From IMG/VR virus record IMGVR_UViG_3300045988_152627: a DNA stretch of 46,969 bases; one strand, given 5' to 3'. The notes under the pieces were generated by a model, which was not told the DNA's origin, ran no database searches, and saw only the letters and a program-made list of their open reading frames with translations. Position numbers and translations under genes: made by a program. Of the stretch, positions 28,319 to 37,096 are shown piece after piece. How positions within the stretch are numbered: the first letter of the stretch is position 1; every line of letters starts with the position of its first letter. Source of the stretch: a virus (taxonomy: Duplodnaviria > Heunggongvirae > Uroviricota > Caudoviricetes).

Positions 28319-29217
28319 TTGTCGCCTCCTTTACGAATCTGCTCCGCCCACTCTTCAAGGGATTTCTCCGCATATTCACCAGACAGGCCATCAATCGGAT
28401 GCGGTTCATTAGCCAATTCTTCTTTCGCTGACAAAATCATGCGTGTAACGTCGAAAACTTCACGCAAAGACTTATTGATAAATCCGTGATTGAACGCAGC
28501 AGCAAGACGGCTGGCGGTATAGTTAATCCCCTCGTTGCGTGCTTCCGCACGTACTTCAGCAAGGAAAGCATCGGTGGCTGGGGTTTCGACATTAGGTCGA
28601 AGCTCATAATCACAAACTCTTTCAATCCATGGTGATACTCTGTCGCATTTCCTCTTCTTGCGTTCACCGACCTTGGTTGCCTGCTGAATAATTACCCCCC
28701 AGCAAATGCTTTCGACCTCTTCGCTCCATCCATCGCAAGCATCGCCTCTATAGTCGTCAATTGCAGCCTCAGCAGCAGCGATAGCCTCCTCAGCAGTTTT
28801 GTGACACTCGAAACTAAATTCAGAGCCATATGAGAAATACATAGCCCCGGCCTTCAGTCTTGCATTCTCCGCCGCCAGAGCCGCGCAACTGGCCTCCAGC
28901 TCTGCAATGCGTTTGCTTTGTGCCTCCCGTTCATTCAGCAACGCCTGCACTACTTCTGGGTTGAAAGCTGCGATATAACGAGCGTTGTTCTCTGCGTTTT
29001 TCTGTCCGTCAAAGCCGGTCCATTTGATAACGTCTTCACATCGTTCATCACCGGGCGTGTGCACCGCATACGTACCTGTACCCGTCGAAATAAACGCGAC
29101 CCATTCGCCCTGTGTTGCATGTTTTGCTATCTCACGTAGTGCCTGATAGTTAATTGCTGTGCTGTTAGTCATTCCAGGCCTCCAGCTCGTTCTGAATCTC
29201 CTCGTCAACCTCGTCAT
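28315..29217 (-). CDS. Hypothetical protein with central coiled coil (possibly ead/Ea22-like)
   Basis: 300 aa; ALLNEREAQSKRIAELEASCAALAAENARLKAG coiled-coil segment. Confidence 0.4.
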   Translation of the reverse strand: MTRLTRRFRTSWRPGMTNSTAINYQALREIAKHATQGEWVAFISTGTGTYAVHTPGDERCEDVIKWTGFDGQKNAENNARYIAAFNPEVVQALLNEREAQSKRIAELEASCAALAAENARLKAGAMYFSYGSEFSFECHKTAEEAIAAAEAAIDDYRGDACDGWSEEVESICWGVIIQQATKVGERKKRKCDRVSPWIERVCDYELRPNVETPATDAFLAEVRAEARNEGINYTASRLAAAFNHGFINKSLREVFDVTRMILSAKEELANEPHPIDGLSGEYAEKSLEEWAEQIRKGGDK

Positions 29218-29509
29218 TGGTGGCGTCTTCGTTCAGATGGTCGCGCGCCTCTTTGAGATACTGTTCACGGCGTTCGTGGTACCAGGCAGAGAACTCCGGC
29301 GACCATCCTCGATTAGCCCCCTGAAAATCTACCATCGCATTATCCTCGGCCATACGCTCGACCATGCAATCCGCGGTGTTCAGTGCAACCTCACGGATGT
29401 ACCCCCGCAGGTCGCGCTTACGCCAATACGGGCTATATTTTGAGTCGCAGCGGCCTTTAAATTCGACGGTCCAGCGACGGATGCAGCGTGCGTTAAGTGA
29501 TTTGCTCAT
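29165..29509 (-). CDS. Hypothetical protein
   Basis: 114 aa ORF overlapping its neighbours in the same operon. Confidence 0.35.
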   Translation of the reverse strand: MSKSLNARCIRRWTVEFKGRCDSKYSPYWRKRDLRGYIREVALNTADCMVERMAEDNAMVDFQGANRGWSPEFSAWYHERREQYLKEARDHLNEDATNDEVDEEIQNELEAWND

Positions 29510-29511
29510 AG

Positions 29512-30135
29512 TTATGCTTCCTGAATAAGCTTAAACTCAATTACCCATACCCACGGGTTAGATAGCCAGCTCTCTTGCCCGTAAATACCGCGCCAGATAT
29601 CACCAAAGCCAACGCGATAAACAGCTTCCGGCGGTGTAATCTTGTACGTCGCCGGAGATGCGCCTTCCGCTTTAGCATCTGCCTCGCTCATGTCATGCAG
29701 CCGTTCCACACGCACGTCGGTTATTTCCAACAGAATACGGCTGGCCCAACGTGGCATGTGAATTGATGGGGTCCAACCCTCAGCTGGCTTGCTACTATCT
29801 GAGTAATCAGCCTTGTAATCACACAGTTCAGAAGCCAGAGAGACACCATCTTTGATTTCCTGAATGACATCGTTATCCAGCCAAAAAGCGTTGAATGTTT
29901 CACGTACCCATATGCGATCACCAACGTTACCGAACGGACATAAACCATGTTTCGGTGCATCCATAACATGGGTACAGACACCATTGCGTTTCTTTGTCGG
30001 TTTACTGATAACCAGGCAGTTATCCGCCCCGACATTTTTTACAGGTCGGCGAGTCTGCGTTTTCCTTCCTTCGAGGATGGCCCGGACCATCTCATCGTTA
30101 AAAATCATGCCGCGCTCTTTCACTCTCCCTCCCAC
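29512..30135 (-). CDS. Hypothetical protein (ASCH-like / phage Gp49-66-like?)
   Basis: 207 aa with MIFNDEMVRAILEGRKTQTRR N-terminus, a motif recurrent in enterobacterial prophage proteins; identity by recall only. Confidence 0.4.
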   Translation of the reverse strand: MGGRVKERGMIFNDEMVRAILEGRKTQTRRPVKNVGADNCLVISKPTKKRNGVCTHVMDAPKHGLCPFGNVGDRIWVRETFNAFWLDNDVIQEIKDGVSLASELCDYKADYSDSSKPAEGWTPSIHMPRWASRILLEITDVRVERLHDMSEADAKAEGASPATYKITPPEAVYRVGFGDIWRGIYGQESWLSNPWVWVIEFKLIQEA

Positions 30136-30364
30136 GTTTTCAGACTTTCACCACAAAACGGGCAAAATGAGACTCGAATAGGTGATTTAGAAAACTCACC
30201 GGAACGCAACATCACCAAATCAGGTCCACGGGTTAAACTCTCATTCCAGATTTTGTATAGCAGTAAGCCTTTTCTTACTGAGCATTCAGCATCGTGCTCA
30301 AGAGACTTTGCCAATGCAGCACACGGCTCTATTCGATTGCCATTAATTCGACAATTTGATCCAC

Positions 30365-30730
30365 TCACTTCAACTCCTCCCGACGACGTTCCTGAAGCTC
30401 TAGCATTGCGGCTCGGAAATCCTGCCACCATTCCTCATCTGCAACGGGGGTGTTCCGCTCCAGCACCTTGTCCGCATCGGCGATCAGGTTTGCCAGACTC
30501 TTGTCTGAAATCTTCGTTACCGGAGTCGTTGGTTGCTCAACCTGCCCGATAGGTTTTATCGTGCTCAAAAGGAGGCGACGGCTGGAAAGTGGCGACCCAC
30601 AACGGCGCCCATCTTCCTTGCGATATGTTTCTTTCGGACCAACACACCAGGTTGTCGGCGTTTCGCGTAACTTCACTTTTTTCTCACCATCAATGGTGAT
30701 GATTATTCCGGTATGGGTTTTGATGCTCAT
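30365..30730 (-). CDS. Hypothetical protein
   Basis: 121 aa ORF with coupled stop/start to the upstream gene. Confidence 0.35.
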   Translation of the reverse strand: MSIKTHTGIIITIDGEKKVKLRETPTTWCVGPKETYRKEDGRRCGSPLSSRRLLLSTIKPIGQVEQPTTPVTKISDKSLANLIADADKVLERNTPVADEEWWQDFRAAMLELQERRREELK

Positions 30731-31029
30731 GCCACAGCCCCTCTCAACGGCTTAACTTTGGCTAATAAGGTGTTAAACAACATGGAGTTAGGATTCATGC
30801 CAAATGGCAATTCCGGTTTAGCGGAGTAGTACAGGCAACCATTTATTTTCCTGGTTGTTATCTGTCCTTCGGCAACCATGCTTCTCAGTCTGCAACGCAT
30901 AGAGTTCTGCGACACACCAATGTGCTCCGCGATTACGTCCACTTTTGAACATGGGTGATCGGTCAGGAAATTAATCACATCTTGGGGGTTAATAATTTTG
31001 CGTTTCATTGTCGAGGCGTCCTTATACAT
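30727..31029 (-). CDS. Hypothetical DNA-binding protein (winged-helix-like)
   Basis: 100 aa; central segment IAEHIGVSQNSMRCRLRSMVAEGQI resembles a winged HTH. Confidence 0.4.
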   Translation of the reverse strand: MYKDASTMKRKIINPQDVINFLTDHPCSKVDVIAEHIGVSQNSMRCRLRSMVAEGQITTRKINGCLYYSAKPELPFGMNPNSMLFNTLLAKVKPLRGAVA

Positions 31030-31085
31030 TTATATAAATATATAATTCTATATACGGCGGGAGACATCCCGCCGTAGGCTTACTG

Positions 31086-32153
31086 TCAGGCTTTCAATAG
31101 CGATTCTTTCAGATATCGGGCATCAGCCAGGGCGTTTGGAGTAATCTTGCGAACCCATGCATTACGGGTTGGACTCCACTTAAAGGCGCGTGATTTAAGC
31201 AGCGAACGAATGTTTGCCTCTGGTTTGCCAGGGAAATAAAACAGGATGCGGTTATCCTCTGGATCTATCTCCATAGAAAAGCCGTCGTATTCTTCGCGCT
31301 GTGCTCCTGTTACAGACTTGACCGATTCAAGCTCCTTAATACGGCTCTGTAGTCGTTTGATTTCGGCGTTATTGTTGCTCAGTGCGTATGAAGGGAATCC
31401 GATGCGCCCACAGAAATCTCCGGCCAGTAACTCTTTGGCTTCGCTTTCTGTAAACCTGAGATCGATTAATGCAGAAAGCTGCTGTAATTGGTCTTTTTTG
31501 TATTTGCGAATGGCCTTATTTGCGGCCTTCATTTTGACGTGTGACTTCATGCAGCCTTGCAGCTTACGAAGCAACTTAAATAGCGCATCAGGATCATCAG
31601 ACGAAATTCCATTACGACCAACACCTGCGGCTTTGCTCTCGTAGTGTGATGCTTTACTTTCGCATTCAACAAACGTTTTTCTGAATAACGCATCAGCTTT
31701 AGACAAACGGCGGCGATGGCCTTTCGCGCTATAATGGTCAACTAAAATCGGCTGGCCTAACGGGATCACATCCAACAGGTCATGCGCTCGCTTATGCGCT
31801 ACCGCACCTTCTTTTCTGGCTTTTTCTGCACGAGCAATATATCGGGCAAGACGCGCGTTCTGGCGTTCCTGATAGGTGTTTACGTAATCATCTCCGCGCT
31901 GCTGCTGTTCAAGCCATGCTTTGCGCAGATCTTCTGTTACGTCCACCAGCTCCGCAGGGATACAACCAGTTTGGGCTTCATAAGAGTAACCATCCTCATA
32001 GATACGCCCATCGTCTTCAACAAAGAAAAAGGTTTCGTGCTCATCGCTTTTGACCATACGACCATTAACATGGCGTAATAGGTAGCCAGTATCAGTGCTT
32101 AACAGGCTGTTAGGGTTGTTGATCCAGTCAGAAATAATTACTTGTTTATTCAT
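31086..32153 (-). CDS. Hypothetical protein (DUF3560-like?)
   Basis: 355 aa; first gene after promoter-leader cassette copy 2; family assignment by recall only. Confidence 0.4.
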   Translation of the reverse strand: MNKQVIISDWINNPNSLLSTDTGYLLRHVNGRMVKSDEHETFFFVEDDGRIYEDGYSYEAQTGCIPAELVDVTEDLRKAWLEQQQRGDDYVNTYQERQNARLARYIARAEKARKEGAVAHKRAHDLLDVIPLGQPILVDHYSAKGHRRRLSKADALFRKTFVECESKASHYESKAAGVGRNGISSDDPDALFKLLRKLQGCMKSHVKMKAANKAIRKYKKDQLQQLSALIDLRFTESEAKELLAGDFCGRIGFPSYALSNNNAEIKRLQSRIKELESVKSVTGAQREEYDGFSMEIDPEDNRILFYFPGKPEANIRSLLKSRAFKWSPTRNAWVRKITPNALADARYLKESLLKA

Positions 32154-32275
32154 CAGATTTCTCCGGTTTAACCAGGGCGGGTATCGCTCGGTTTCGGTTA
32201 TAACCTTAGGAAATTTTTTCCCACCTGTAAAGCACTTTTTATATAAATCTATAATTATATATTTATAGATTTTCG
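32154..32275 (-). promoter_or_regulatory. Promoter-leader cassette copy 2, directly downstream of the Q-like gene
   Basis: Same sequence as copies 1 and 3 with a few substitutions (TAAGGT at the -10 position); TATAAATCTATAATTATATA motif upstream. Confidence 0.55.
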
Positions 32276-32322
32276 ATGTTCCCGATATCTACACACCATC
32301 AAAACAGCTCAAAATGACACTT

Positions 32323-32700
32323 TTACTCTCTTCGCTTTTTCAAATAATCGACAACATACGCCCTGGCTTTTGCCAGCTTCCGGCGATACTGTCTGAGACT
32401 AAGAGAAAGGGCGTGGGCTTTATCAATATGCGGTGCATTTATGTCGAGGCCCCGAATCTCCCACGCCCCGTATTCAATTCGGACAACCAGCGCCGCAGTC
32501 TCATCAACTACCGTGAGGGCCGTCACCGCTCCCTCGATACTGGTTTCCAGTGAGTCATTTGGTGCGCCGCCCCCTCCGGTAAACTGGCAACGCGTAACCA
32601 TCATCATTTCTAACATCGACGCGAAACCGCTACGGGCGTTGCAGCCATTGCGCACCCACAGCGCCCATAGCTCAAACAAGCTATCCAGATCGCGTCTCAC
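32323..32700 (-). CDS. Putative late antiterminator, Q-like
   Basis: 125 aa; LFELWALWVRNG...VDETAALVVRIEYG...RRKLAKARAYVVDYL pattern recalled from small Q-type antiterminators; lies between nin-like genes and a strong promoter. Confidence 0.45.
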   Translation of the reverse strand: MRRDLDSLFELWALWVRNGCNARSGFASMLEMMMVTRCQFTGGGGAPNDSLETSIEGAVTALTVVDETAALVVRIEYGAWEIRGLDINAPHIDKAHALSLSLRQYRRKLAKARAYVVDYLKKRRE

Positions 32701-32703
32701 TGT

Positions 32704-33036
32704 TCAGATCTCCCGTATCGTGACGGGATAAAGCGCCTCTACCTGCTTTTTCTTCATGATGTAGACGTCTGTTCGCACACCTTTAGTGTCGACACAATCA
32801 ATCGTCCCATCGTCATAAAACACCATGAAATCAAGTTTATAAACGACACCACCTGGCAGATGAAAAGGCACCTGCATAAGAAACGTCACAACGCGGCCAG
32901 CTTTTCTCAGTAGCTTCAGTTCGCAGTAGTAATCAGCCTCTTTTTTGCTATCAAAAGCGATATCATCGACAACCGTTTTTTTATTGCCGTATTTGCTTTT
33001 CCTGGTCGCTGGTTTGCGAAAGCCGGTATATCTCAT
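32704..33036 (-). CDS. DUF1064-like phage protein
   Basis: 110 aa with MRYTGFRKPATRKSKYGNKKT N-terminus, typical of nin-region proteins of lambdoid phages. Confidence 0.5.
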   Translation of the reverse strand: MRYTGFRKPATRKSKYGNKKTVVDDIAFDSKKEADYYCELKLLRKAGRVVTFLMQVPFHLPGGVVYKLDFMVFYDDGTIDCVDTKGVRTDVYIMKKKQVEALYPVTIREI

Positions 33037-33437
33037 TTGGTATCCCCTGGTACTTCACCAAGACTAAGATCAAACCCAATTTCGTCTTTAACTGACTGCG
33101 GCAACAGCTCCCACGTCTGCGCACACAAAAATTCATCGGTGCCATAACGCTCAACAAAGCGAGCACAATTACTCAGGGGAGGGTGACGAACGGCAATATG
33201 CGGAGGCACGCGCCCACCACCAGGCACAACACCGCGATGATGTGGTGCGCACAACCCAAAGCTATGGAAGTGGCAATTCTCATCAACGCTGCCGTAATCA
33301 GGATCGTGATGTAGCTCCGTCCACAGCTCTGGATTCTCAATTTCACGGCCATCAATAATGCAAGCTATGCAACCCACGTGAGTGAGCACCGCTTGTATAT
33401 AAAGTTTCTCTTTCTTCGTTGGCGTACGTCCGTTCAT
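33033..33437 (-). CDS. Hypothetical Cys/His-rich protein (possible metal-binding nuclease)
   Basis: 134 aa with clustered Cys/His (HVGCIACI, HHDPDYGSVDENCHFHSFGLCAPHH). Confidence 0.35.
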   Translation of the reverse strand: MNGRTPTKKEKLYIQAVLTHVGCIACIIDGREIENPELWTELHHDPDYGSVDENCHFHSFGLCAPHHRGVVPGGGRVPPHIAVRHPPLSNCARFVERYGTDEFLCAQTWELLPQSVKDEIGFDLSLGEVPGDTK

Positions 33438-33670
33438 CAGCGCCCCTTACCATTGATAAAGAGGTTGAACTCGTTGATTAACTGGACATACATGCTTCTG
33501 GCCGCATAGTTCTTTGCCAGCTCTTTACGGGATGAGATCCCGCAAAACTCACGCAGAATCACAGAGGCCTCAGAACTGTTTGAAACGTTCTTCCCTGTTT
33601 TACTGGTCAGAAAGCGCCAGAATTGGGGATTCTGGCAATGCATCGCAGCACCGCGAACATAACTACTCAT
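33437..33670 (-). CDS. Hypothetical protein
   Basis: 77 aa ORF, translationally coupled. Confidence 0.3.
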   Translation of the reverse strand: MSSYVRGAAMHCQNPQFWRFLTSKTGKNVSNSSEASVILREFCGISSRKELAKNYAARSMYVQLINEFNLFINGKGR

Positions 33671-34182
33671 TGATGGCCCCCGTCATTTCTGGTGCTTTTC
33701 ACCGTGCGGCTTCTTAAAAACCTGCCATCACGAACAACAGACACTTCTCGTTTACCCAACCTCATTTCACGGCGGTAACATTCAGAAAATGCCTCGTCCG
33801 GCATCATATAAATGCGACGCTTCGCCTCCGTATCCAGAAGGGAACGGCTTGGGGTTACATATAAAAACGACTCATCAATAGGGACAAAACCACGAGCAAG
33901 AATTGCTGGCAGAATGCCAGGAAGAACGCAGAAAACAGCTCCACGATGCAGCAACATCTGGTACTCCATGACCTCCGTTATCCCCGTGACGACTGTTACG
34001 GTGTCACGTCTGTTACGGCTGGCAACCAGTCGCTGCACACGTCCAATTTTCTGATCTACAGATAGATGTTTGCTATCGTTATCAATATGATCGATAACAA
34101 ATCCTTTAATCGTTTGATCAAGGTAGTGCACCACCTGCGATTGAATCTGGTGATTATCACCAAAGAAGGCCAGAATCATCAT
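33667..34182 (-). CDS. Hypothetical protein
   Basis: 171 aa ORF in the early operon; no recognisable motif. Confidence 0.35.
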   Translation of the reverse strand: MMILAFFGDNHQIQSQVVHYLDQTIKGFVIDHIDNDSKHLSVDQKIGRVQRLVASRNRRDTVTVVTGITEVMEYQMLLHRGAVFCVLPGILPAILARGFVPIDESFLYVTPSRSLLDTEAKRRIYMMPDEAFSECYRREMRLGKREVSVVRDGRFLRSRTVKSTRNDGGHQ

Positions 34183-34673
34183 TCCTCAAGCCTCCCAAGT
34201 GCTGAACGCCGGGCGTTGCTAATCTCCTTATGAATCAGCTCGATATCGCTGGAATCTTTATTCTTAAGCTCCAGCACGGCAATCGCATCACGAACCTCTG
34301 AAACGGTTACGTGTGAGTGTTTCCAGCGAGCAATGAATCGCGGACCGCGTAGATTGCAACGCTCCGCAGGCATCCCCAGCTCAGAGAAAACCGCTTTCAG
34401 CCTTGATAAGCAGTTAACAGGGAGATTCCCTTTGATCTTGTTCTGCCGAACCGATGTGCCATCGCTACGCTGGCGCTGACGTTCGGCAAAATCTGCCGCC
34501 CATTGCTGGACGTTAATCCGGCCTTCCGAATACGCCACCAGCCGCGTCAGGTTATCCGCACGAGGGAATCTCTCGAAGCGATACCAGGCACCAATCAGTG
34601 ATGACGTAAAGCCAAACTTTCTGGCAACACCAATTTGGCCTCCATTTTCGTCAACCCACTCCTGAAAGGTCAT
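34179..34673 (-). CDS. Cro/YdaS-like early regulator with C-terminal extension
   Basis: 164 aa; N-terminal 60 aa resemble Cro/DicC-type HTH; first gene of the minus-strand early operon, divergent from the repressor. Confidence 0.5.
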   Translation of the reverse strand: MTFQEWVDENGGQIGVARKFGFTSSLIGAWYRFERFPRADNLTRLVAYSEGRINVQQWAADFAERQRQRSDGTSVRQNKIKGNLPVNCLSRLKAVFSELGMPAERCNLRGPRFIARWKHSHVTVSEVRDAIAVLELKNKDSSDIELIHKEISNARRSALGRLEE

Positions 34674-34847
34674 TTAACGAACTCCAATTAAAACCACGAT
34701 ATGTGGTATTAAAACCACATATCGTGAGTTTTTCAATGGGCGAAACAAAAAATAACCTTCTAATTGTGGTCCACCTCTCGTCTTACCATGTGAAAACCAC
34801 TAAATGTGGTAATGTATAAATAACCCACCATTCACGATTGATGAGAC
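34674..34847. promoter_or_regulatory. Immunity-region operator/promoter block with three CCAC-N5-GTGG-type operators
   Basis: ACCACGATATGTGGT (34693..34707), ACCACATATCGTGAG (34713..34727), ACCACTAAATGTGGT (34796..34810) between divergent repressor and Cro-like genes. Confidence 0.6.
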
Positions 34848-35504
34848 ATGAAAAGCAACGACGAGAACATCAAGAAAGAAATAGGTCTGCGCATTCAGAC
34901 TCTACGGAAACAATCCGGCATGACTGCCGGAGATCTCCAGCAAGTCACTGGAATAGGCTTAAGCACCTTGCAGAACTATGAGGCCGGATTAAGACAACCA
35001 TCTATACCTGCCATCAAGAAAATCGCGCACGCCCTGAAAGCATCAGCGCCTTATATCGCGTGCTTAACAGATAACCCGTTCCCACCCCAGAATACTAACG
35101 CTCCTGTTATTCCTGGGCTTGTAGCTATAAAAAATGACATAGCATCGCACGCCGGAGAAAAGCCAGTGCTGGCGATAGAACAGGAGATTCTACGAAGCAA
35201 GAACATCAACCCATCGTCTCTGTCAGTTCTCCAGAGCAACGATGAGTTAATGTCACCAACAATATCCCCAGGCTCCCAAGTCCTGATTAATACAGACGAT
35301 ACAGAGATTCATGAGGGGATCTATGCCCTTGAAGACAGAAATGGCCTGGTTGTTTTGAGGCACTGTAGAGTCATACCGGGTGACAATGCTGTTATGCTGT
35401 CAACCGAAAGGGATGCTGAAATGAACACTAATCATCTGAATAACGAGGAATTTAAGCGTTATAAAGTTCTTGGCCGCGTAGTTAGTGTTGTCAACTGGTT
35501 ATGA
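34848..35504 (+). CDS. CI-like repressor (XRE HTH + S24/LexA-like C-terminal domain)
   Basis: 218 aa; HTH TAGDLQQVTGIGLSTLQNYEAG; C-terminal LexA/UmuD-like layout ending KVLGRVVSVVNWL. Confidence 0.8.
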   Translation: MKSNDENIKKEIGLRIQTLRKQSGMTAGDLQQVTGIGLSTLQNYEAGLRQPSIPAIKKIAHALKASAPYIACLTDNPFPPQNTNAPVIPGLVAIKNDIASHAGEKPVLAIEQEILRSKNINPSSLSVLQSNDELMSPTISPGSQVLINTDDTEIHEGIYALEDRNGLVVLRHCRVIPGDNAVMLSTERDAEMNTNHLNNEEFKRYKVLGRVVSVVNWL

Positions 35505-35545
35505 TACACAGCACGGCGAAAGCCGTGCATTTCTACGCTCAAAAA

Positions 35546-35560
35546 AACCACGCTTTGTGG
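35546..35560. promoter_or_regulatory. Operator-like palindrome ACCACGCTTTGTGGT overlapping a promoter for 35597..35971
   Basis: Same CCAC-N5-GTGG pattern as the immunity-region operators; followed by TTGACA and TATAAA elements and RBS AAGAGG. Confidence 0.45.
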
Positions 35561-35596
35561 TTTTGACAACATGTGAAAGTATAAAAGAGGCTACGC

Positions 35597-35971
35597 ATGG
35601 AATTACATACAGCCAATAAAAACGAAACTCTGATCACTGCTGGAATCGAAATCCAAGCGTTGAACATAGCGATTGAGTGTATGTTATGCCAAATCATTGA
35701 TAATGAGAAAGATATCGACTGGATAGAATCTATCCTTCATCTGGCATCAGAACAAAAAGTCTGCCTCAAAACGGCCTTACAATACGATGTGCCAGCGGTA
35801 TCGAAGCTGTGCCAGCCATTGATGGCATATAACAGGGCTATTACTTCTGTATGCCTCATGATTCTTGATGAAAACACCCCTCTTAGTGACCGCTCAGAAG
35901 CTGCTCTAACCCTCTCACGTAAACAGCGACAGCTAGCAAATCAACTGATATCAACGATAGCTGACCTCTGA
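35597..35971 (+). CDS. Hypothetical protein in the rex-equivalent position downstream of the repressor
   Basis: 124 aa ORF with strong RBS, followed by terminator hairpin 35976..35999. Confidence 0.45.
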   Translation: MELHTANKNETLITAGIEIQALNIAIECMLCQIIDNEKDIDWIESILHLASEQKVCLKTALQYDVPAVSKLCQPLMAYNRAITSVCLMILDENTPLSDRSEAALTLSRKQRQLANQLISTIADL

Positions 35972-36106
35972 CTGAAAGCGGGCTAACGCCCGCTTATATG
36001 ATTATAGATTTATATAATTATATAAAACGCTTTTCATCCGCCAAAAAGTTGGTTATGCTTACCTCGTTCTATAAATATAGATTTATAGAATTATATAACC
36101 AAACAC

Positions 36107-36775
36107 ATGGAGTCTCGACAAATGACTATCTCTGTAGGTATTTTCAACGGAAAAGGCGGCGTAACCAAATCAACAATTGCCCGTGCTTTAGCAGTTGCTT
36201 ATGCAAAGGCCGGCTGGAATGTATGCCTGATCGATATGGATGTGCTTAACGGAACGGTAACGCGTTGGGTACAACGCAGAATGGCCAACAATATCGAACC
36301 TGCAATCGCGGCGCAGCCGTGCGGCACGCCATCACAAGTCCAGAAAATCATCGAATCAGAAGTATACGACCTGGTTATCGTTGATGGCGGTGCCTACGCA
36401 TCTGAATCAGTACCGAAGCTCTCTGAATTTCTGGATATGGTTATTTTGCCAACCAGATTCTCTACCGATGACCTAGAAACCACCGTTAACACAGCTCACG
36501 GCATCGTTAAAAAGGGTGTACCAATCAAGAAAATTTGCATGGTGTTTTCCGGCGCGGCTGAAAACGAAGCTGACTATATTGAAGCCCAAGAGTACCTGGC
36601 TAATACGCCATACTTTGTTGTCGATAAGTACATTCCCCACAAGCCAGCTCTGAGCAAAGCTCAGGATAAGGGCTTAAGCCTCATTGAGTGCTCATACGTT
36701 GCGCCACGCAAAAAGGCAGACGACGTTATTCAGGGGATTATCAACCAGCTTGAGGCTCTGACTACTGCCGCGTAA
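36107..36775 (+). CDS. parA: ParA-family partition ATPase (small, type Ib)
   Basis: 222 aa with deviant Walker A NGKGGVTKST and later VIVDGGA motif. Confidence 0.85.
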   Translation: MESRQMTISVGIFNGKGGVTKSTIARALAVAYAKAGWNVCLIDMDVLNGTVTRWVQRRMANNIEPAIAAQPCGTPSQVQKIIESEVYDLVIVDGGAYASESVPKLSEFLDMVILPTRFSTDDLETTVNTAHGIVKKGVPIKKICMVFSGAAENEADYIEAQEYLANTPYFVVDKYIPHKPALSKAQDKGLSLIECSYVAPRKKADDVIQGIINQLEALTTAA

Positions 36776-36818
36776 TATATAATTATAGTTTTATAGATTT
36801 ATATAAGATGGGATACAC

Positions 36819-37067
36819 ATGGCCGCACCATCAAAACCACCAAAGAAGAACAGCAAAGGCGTACCGCCATCGATCGAACAACCGCAGGTTTTCGACCCGA
36901 CTGAAACGCCAACCAGAACCAAATCAGGTGGGGCACAAATGGCGTTTAACGTCGACCCTGAATTTAAACGCGAGTACAAAACGTTCGCCAGCTCAATGGA
37001 TATGTCATTGAAAGAAGTGCTGACAAAATCTTTTGAGTTACTCAAGGCTCAATACAACCAGAAGTAA
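36819..37067 (+). CDS. ParG-like ribbon-helix-helix centromere-binding protein
   Basis: 82 aa; Pro/Lys-rich tail then RHH-like MAFNVDPEFKREYKTFASSMDMSLKEVL; directly downstream of parA. Confidence 0.6.
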   Translation: MAAPSKPPKKNSKGVPPSIEQPQVFDPTETPTRTKSGGAQMAFNVDPEFKREYKTFASSMDMSLKEVLTKSFELLKAQYNQK

Positions 37068-37096
37068 GAGAAGGTGACGGCCTCCAGCGCCAACTG

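Noticed and set aside
30120-30431. 103-aa minus-strand ORF bridging 29512..30135 and 30365..30730
   Set aside because: Its start lies inside the upstream gene. It does carry a CxxC pair (FCPFCGESL) and could be a small zinc-ribbon protein from an internal start; left uncalled as ambiguous.
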